DNA of 62,165 bases, filler included, from Candidatus Delongbacteria bacterium (GTDB taxonomy: Bacteria > UBA4055): assembly GCA_016937995.1 (NCBI GenBank). It is 3 parts of 3 records of this genome, joined end to end, with 100 filler letters (N's around TTAATTAATTAA, not from the genome) between each part and the next. Parts side by side here need not be neighbours in the genome. Positions count along the whole stretch, not along the records: positions 44,377 to 62,165 come from JAFGVM010000068.1; 2 more parts are not named here. One strand, written 5' to 3'. Shown here piece after piece: positions 58,363 through 62,165 of this stretch. Made by a program: the position numbers and the translations under genes. The stretch's first letter is position 1. Every line of letters begins with the position of its first letter. Below the pieces are notes generated by a model. That model worked only from the letters and a program-made list of their open reading frames with translations, was not told the origin of the DNA and ran no database searches.

Positions 58363-60969
58363 ATGATCAAAAGATTACTGTTATTACTTATATTCATTTC
58401 CATATGCAATTCATTCGGGATCAATTTCTATTCCAATCCGGATGATTTTTCAAAATATGTTTCCACGGGTATGTACCCTGAAAACAAACTTATAAAGAAA
58501 ATTCCTCTTAATACGAACTGGCAGTTCAAACTTGAAGGTCTGGAAGAGTGGAAAGATATTTTTGTGCCTTCCTGCTACGACGATTATGATCAGGACAAGA
58601 AAATATACTTCAGAACAAATTTTTTTCTCGGGGGGGAAAAGTCATCAGACAGGAGTTATAAGCTTGTTTTTTACGGTATAAATTACAGTTGTAATATTAA
58701 GATCAACGATATATTTGTCGAAAATCACAGTTCGATCAATTCTTTTGAAGTTAATCTGAATAACAACCAGCTTAAATTCGATGATACGAATACTTTGGTC
58801 GTGGAACTGTCCAATAAACTTTCTCAATTCACAATTCCGGCAGAAATGCAGGTTAATGACTGGAGAAATTACGGAGGTATTTTCAGAGATGTTTACCTGA
58901 TAATAACTTCTCAGACATCAATCTCGGATGCGAATATCAGATACTATTTTGAAAACAACAATACCATTGTAAATTCTGAAGTATCAGCAAATATCAAAGA
59001 TAATAATTTTATCAAAGTAAATGAGACTGACTCGATAGTATACGATACGAAAATTTACTCATATATTGAAGTGAAAAGGAACTCTGACAACAAAACCGTT
59101 TACAAGTCTGATGACCTGGAGCTTGTTATCAGAAGATACAGTGATAAATTGATCAAATTTAATTTCAAACTTAAAGATCCTAAATTATGGTCACCAAATG
59201 ATCCTAATTTATACAGATGTTCTGTATTTTTAGGAAAAATTAATGCTTACGGGAAAAAAGTTGATTATAACAGATATGATTTCAATTTTGGATATAAAGA
59301 CCTTCAGATCGTGAAGAATAATTTTGTTCTCAACGGAGAAAAATTTGTAATTCAGGGTATTTCAAGATACGAGGATATAATGAGAATGGGTAATTCCATT
59401 ACTTATTCAATGATGCAGAAAGAAATAGAAAAGATAAAAAATATCGGTTCAAATGTTCTTTACTGTAATTCTTACCCGCCACATCCGTATATACTTGACC
59501 TGTGTGATAAATACGGGATATTTGTACTGGAGGACCTTCCGATCAATACAGCTCCTAAAATATCACTTTCAAACAAAGAATTTATTGACCAGGCATATGA
59601 TATACTGGATAAACTGGTAAAAAGAGATGAAAATCATGTTTCCTTATTCGGAGTAGGTTTAGGATTCGGTTACAATGTTTTTGATCTTCAGGCTGTTGAT
59701 TTTATTAAGGACCTTGCAGACAGAACAAAGGTTTTAAATGACGACCTGCTGACTTTCTTTACTTCAAATTATACTGAAATCGATGAATACTACAATGTTA
59801 CAGATTTTAATGTTATAGACCTTTCAAAGCCGTCTAATGTTGAATACAGCAGTACAGAGATAAAAAATATCGCTGAAAAAGCCGTCAATAAACCTTTGAT
59901 AGTAAATAATAAACTTATCCGTGTATATCCGGGAAATCAAAATGGTTTTATTGATCCTCACAGTGAACCTGCCCAAGCTAAAGCAATAATTGAAAATTAC
60001 AGATTGGTCATTGAAGAAAATAATCTTTCGGGTATTATAATTGATTCTTTCAGAGATCATAGAACTGATGTCTCTCTACTCACTAATCGACCGGATGATG
60101 ATCTTTATATTGTGCGGAACGGTTTGATCGATTATAACGGAAATGAAAGAATTTCATATATGATAGTAGATGCATTGTTCAAAGGAAGAAAACCACCCAC
60201 TTTGTCTCAGGGAGAATTTAAGGTTGATGAAATTAATATTTATTTCATTCTGGGACTAATATTCACTATCGTTTTCCTATACATGACAAAAAGAGAACAT
60301 TACCTTTTTGTTAACAGTGTCAGAAGCTTAAAAAACCCAGATGCTTTTTACATTGATATCCGGGATAGAAGGGTCACTCAGATACTTCATTCAGTTTTCA
60401 TAGGTTTTTTATCATCCTTTTCTTTAGCCTCAATATTATCAGCTGTATTTTACAGTTTCAGACAAAATGAAAAATTTGATTATTTTTTAACTTACTTTAT
60501 ACGAAATGATATCTTGAAAAAATATCTTACTTATTCTTCATGGGAACCGATGATATTTTTGATCACAGTAACATCCATTATAACGCTGCTGATGATTGTA
60601 TTAGCTCTTTGTTTAAAGATAATTTCAGTTTTTTTTAATTTAAGATATTCAATGCCTATAGCAATTAACATGGTATTCTGGAATTCTATTGTATTTCTAC
60701 CTTTACTGCCTATCTCAGCTGTTTTCCTGCGGGTTTTCTCATCATTTTCAGTAAAACTCGTTACTTTCCTATTTGTGGGAATGCTGATATGGTTTGTCGT
60801 TAGAATGTTCCTTATAATGGCAATTTCTTTTAAAACTTCAGTAAGGAATATTATATGGATGAATCTGGCAATATTGATAAGTTCATTTCTTCTGTATATC
60901 TATTTCTTTGAGTTCAACTATTATAAGATAAGTTATTTCTTCTATCTTATTGACAAGCTCAGTATATAA
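58363..60969 (+). CDS. GH2-like protein with a C-terminal multi-TM domain; catalytic residues appear absent
   Basis: LNTNWQF, WRNYGGIFRDV, PKLWSPNDPNLY, LNGE, LDLCDKYGI and RDENH, followed by about 6-7 TM helices. Confidence 0.8.
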   Translation: MIKRLLLLLIFISICNSFGINFYSNPDDFSKYVSTGMYPENKLIKKIPLNTNWQFKLEGLEEWKDIFVPSCYDDYDQDKKIYFRTNFFLGGEKSSDRSYKLVFYGINYSCNIKINDIFVENHSSINSFEVNLNNNQLKFDDTNTLVVELSNKLSQFTIPAEMQVNDWRNYGGIFRDVYLIITSQTSISDANIRYYFENNNTIVNSEVSANIKDNNFIKVNETDSIVYDTKIYSYIEVKRNSDNKTVYKSDDLELVIRRYSDKLIKFNFKLKDPKLWSPNDPNLYRCSVFLGKINAYGKKVDYNRYDFNFGYKDLQIVKNNFVLNGEKFVIQGISRYEDIMRMGNSITYSMMQKEIEKIKNIGSNVLYCNSYPPHPYILDLCDKYGIFVLEDLPINTAPKISLSNKEFIDQAYDILDKLVKRDENHVSLFGVGLGFGYNVFDLQAVDFIKDLADRTKVLNDDLLTFFTSNYTEIDEYYNVTDFNVIDLSKPSNVEYSSTEIKNIAEKAVNKPLIVNNKLIRVYPGNQNGFIDPHSEPAQAKAIIENYRLVIEENNLSGIIIDSFRDHRTDVSLLTNRPDDDLYIVRNGLIDYNGNERISYMIVDALFKGRKPPTLSQGEFKVDEINIYFILGLIFTIVFLYMTKREHYLFVNSVRSLKNPDAFYIDIRDRRVTQILHSVFIGFLSSFSLASILSAVFYSFRQNEKFDYFLTYFIRNDILKKYLTYSSWEPMIFLITVTSIITLLMIVLALCLKIISVFFNLRYSMPIAINMVFWNSIVFLPLLPISAVFLRVFSSFSVKLVTFLFVGMLIWFVVRMFLIMAISFKTSVRNIIWMNLAILISSFLLYIYFFEFNYYKISYFFYLIDKLSI

Positions 60970-60995
60970 AAAAAGAACGCATCTCTGCGTTCTTT
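60968..60995. terminator. Bidirectional terminator
   Basis: AAAGAACGCA-tctc-TGCGTTCTTT between convergent genes. Confidence 0.8.
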
Positions 60996-61032
60996 CTACC
61001 ATAAAATTCAATATTTAAAAAAACGAAGTTTA

Positions 61033-61983
61033 TTAGAGATATTGCTCTTCTTCGAAATACCAGTCATTATAAAATTCAATAGACTTGATAGCAGTAGCAG
61101 CATCACCACATGCAGTAACGATCTGTCTCTGTTTTTTAGAAATTATATCACCCGCTGCGAAAATACCGGGAATATTTGTTCTCATTTCCATATCTGTTTT
61201 AATATAACCAGCCTGATCTTTGTCTATAATACCGGGCACAAAACTTGTTCCGGGAATATATCCTACAAAAACAAATATTCCCTGAACTTTAAAATCAGTT
61301 ATCTCATTTGTCTTTACGTTCTTTAATTTTAAATTGTCGACGATCATTTTTCCTTCAATACCTTCTACTACTGTATCCCAGATAAAATTGATCTTGGGAT
61401 GCTTCAGTGCCTTTTCCTGTATAACTTTAGTTGCTCTTAATTTATCCCTTCTGTGGATAATAGTGACCTTACTAGCGAATTTAGTAAGATACAGAGCTTC
61501 TTCCACAGCGGAATCTCCACCACCAACAACTGCGATCTCTTTTTCTCTGAAAAACGCACCATCACAGGTTGCACAATATGATACACCTCTGCCAAGATGT
61601 TCTGATTCGCCTACACATCCGATCTTTCTCGGAGTTGAACCGGTAGCGATCAAAACACTTTTTGCAATATATTCATTGGAATCTGTTTTAACAATGTGTC
61701 CGTTTATACCTGCACCAGGTTCGATCAAAAGAACCTCTTCACTTTTGATCTCCAGGCCCATATCTCTTGCCTGTTTTTCCATATTTCCGACAAGTTCAGG
61801 ACCTGTAATGTCAGGAGTGCCCGGATAATTCTCTACTTCAGCTGTAATTGACACCATACCACCCGGCATCATTTTTTCCAGCATTATAACATTCATTTGA
61901 GATCTTGCAGCATAAAGTCCAGCAGTTAATCCTGCAGGTCCTCCACCTATAATGACCAGGTCTAATAACTCTTTCTTTTCCAT
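61033..61983 (-). CDS. trxB: Thioredoxin reductase
   Basis: GGGPAG, ENYPG, GVSYCATCDG, VGGGDSAVEEA and FAAGD. Confidence 0.96.
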   Translation of the reverse strand: MEKKELLDLVIIGGGPAGLTAGLYAARSQMNVIMLEKMMPGGMVSITAEVENYPGTPDITGPELVGNMEKQARDMGLEIKSEEVLLIEPGAGINGHIVKTDSNEYIAKSVLIATGSTPRKIGCVGESEHLGRGVSYCATCDGAFFREKEIAVVGGGDSAVEEALYLTKFASKVTIIHRRDKLRATKVIQEKALKHPKINFIWDTVVEGIEGKMIVDNLKLKNVKTNEITDFKVQGIFVFVGYIPGTSFVPGIIDKDQAGYIKTDMEMRTNIPGIFAAGDIISKKQRQIVTACGDAATAIKSIEFYNDWYFEEEQYL

Positions 61984-62165
61984 ACTATCCCCTTGTTTTT
62001 TCTCTATATAGCCACTCTACTAATATACGTCATTTTTCCTTTTGTGTCAATAGGAATAATTTGAATTTGATTATTTGACCCTCACAAAATCATTTTTATG
62101 GAAGAAATTCTTAACTATCTGCCTGGTTCAGTCACAGTTTTTGTTTCAGCCAGAGCTTTGACAAA

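Noticed and set aside
2005-61828. Many short ORFs (60-186 aa) antisense to or nested in long genes
   Set aside because: They overlap well-supported genes, show no recognisable motifs and look like shadow frames.
1-62165. DGR template repeat, avd or reverse transcriptase; tRNA/rRNA; IS transposases
   Set aside because: By eye I found no second VR-like AAC-rich copy, no RT motif ORF, no cloverleaf or rRNA signature and no transposase. A computational scan is still advisable.
62098-62165. Possible gene start MEEILNYLPGSV... at the window end
   Set aside because: Only 22 codons are visible, with no SD or recognisable motif.

Overview
Low-GC (roughly one-third G+C by eye) bacterial draft or metagenome sequence made of three contigs (1-27635, 27736-44276, 44377-62165). 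They are joined by artificial 100-nt N/TTAATTAATTAA linkers, so adjacency across the linkers is not biological. The SprA translocon, many lipoproteins and hybrid kinases suggest a diderm FCB-group organism outside the well-studied Bacteroidota (inference). Most genes are housekeeping or envelope genes: tldD/tldE, sprA, xseA, hisS, panE, murJ, miaB, partial nadB, msrBA, asd, dusB, efp, mfd and trxB, plus three hybrid histidine kinases and an MNT-HEPN toxin-antitoxin pair. Highlights: (1) a secreted FGE-sulfatase/CLec protein whose GC-rich, NNC-codon C-terminus looks like a diversity-generating retroelement (DGR) variable region, with no TR or RT in the window; (2) its N-terminal LPP20/FlgT_N-like module aligns with a tandem-duplicated pair in an uncharacterised FecR-LPP20x2-TPR/SLH envelope operon; (3) an EF-P whose loop tip is P-S-E-K instead of P-G-K-G or S-G-R-N; (4) a membrane-anchored GH2 apparently lacking both catalytic glutamates; (5) a GAF-fused ABCG-type exporter; (6) a four-box operator array at the TA promoter; (7) several intergenic repeat families, including GTAG REPs that supply stop codons, ATGAC-tagged palindromes, heptamer runs and pseudoknot/triplex-like elements. 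No rRNA, tRNA, CRISPR array, transposase or reverse transcriptase was recognised.
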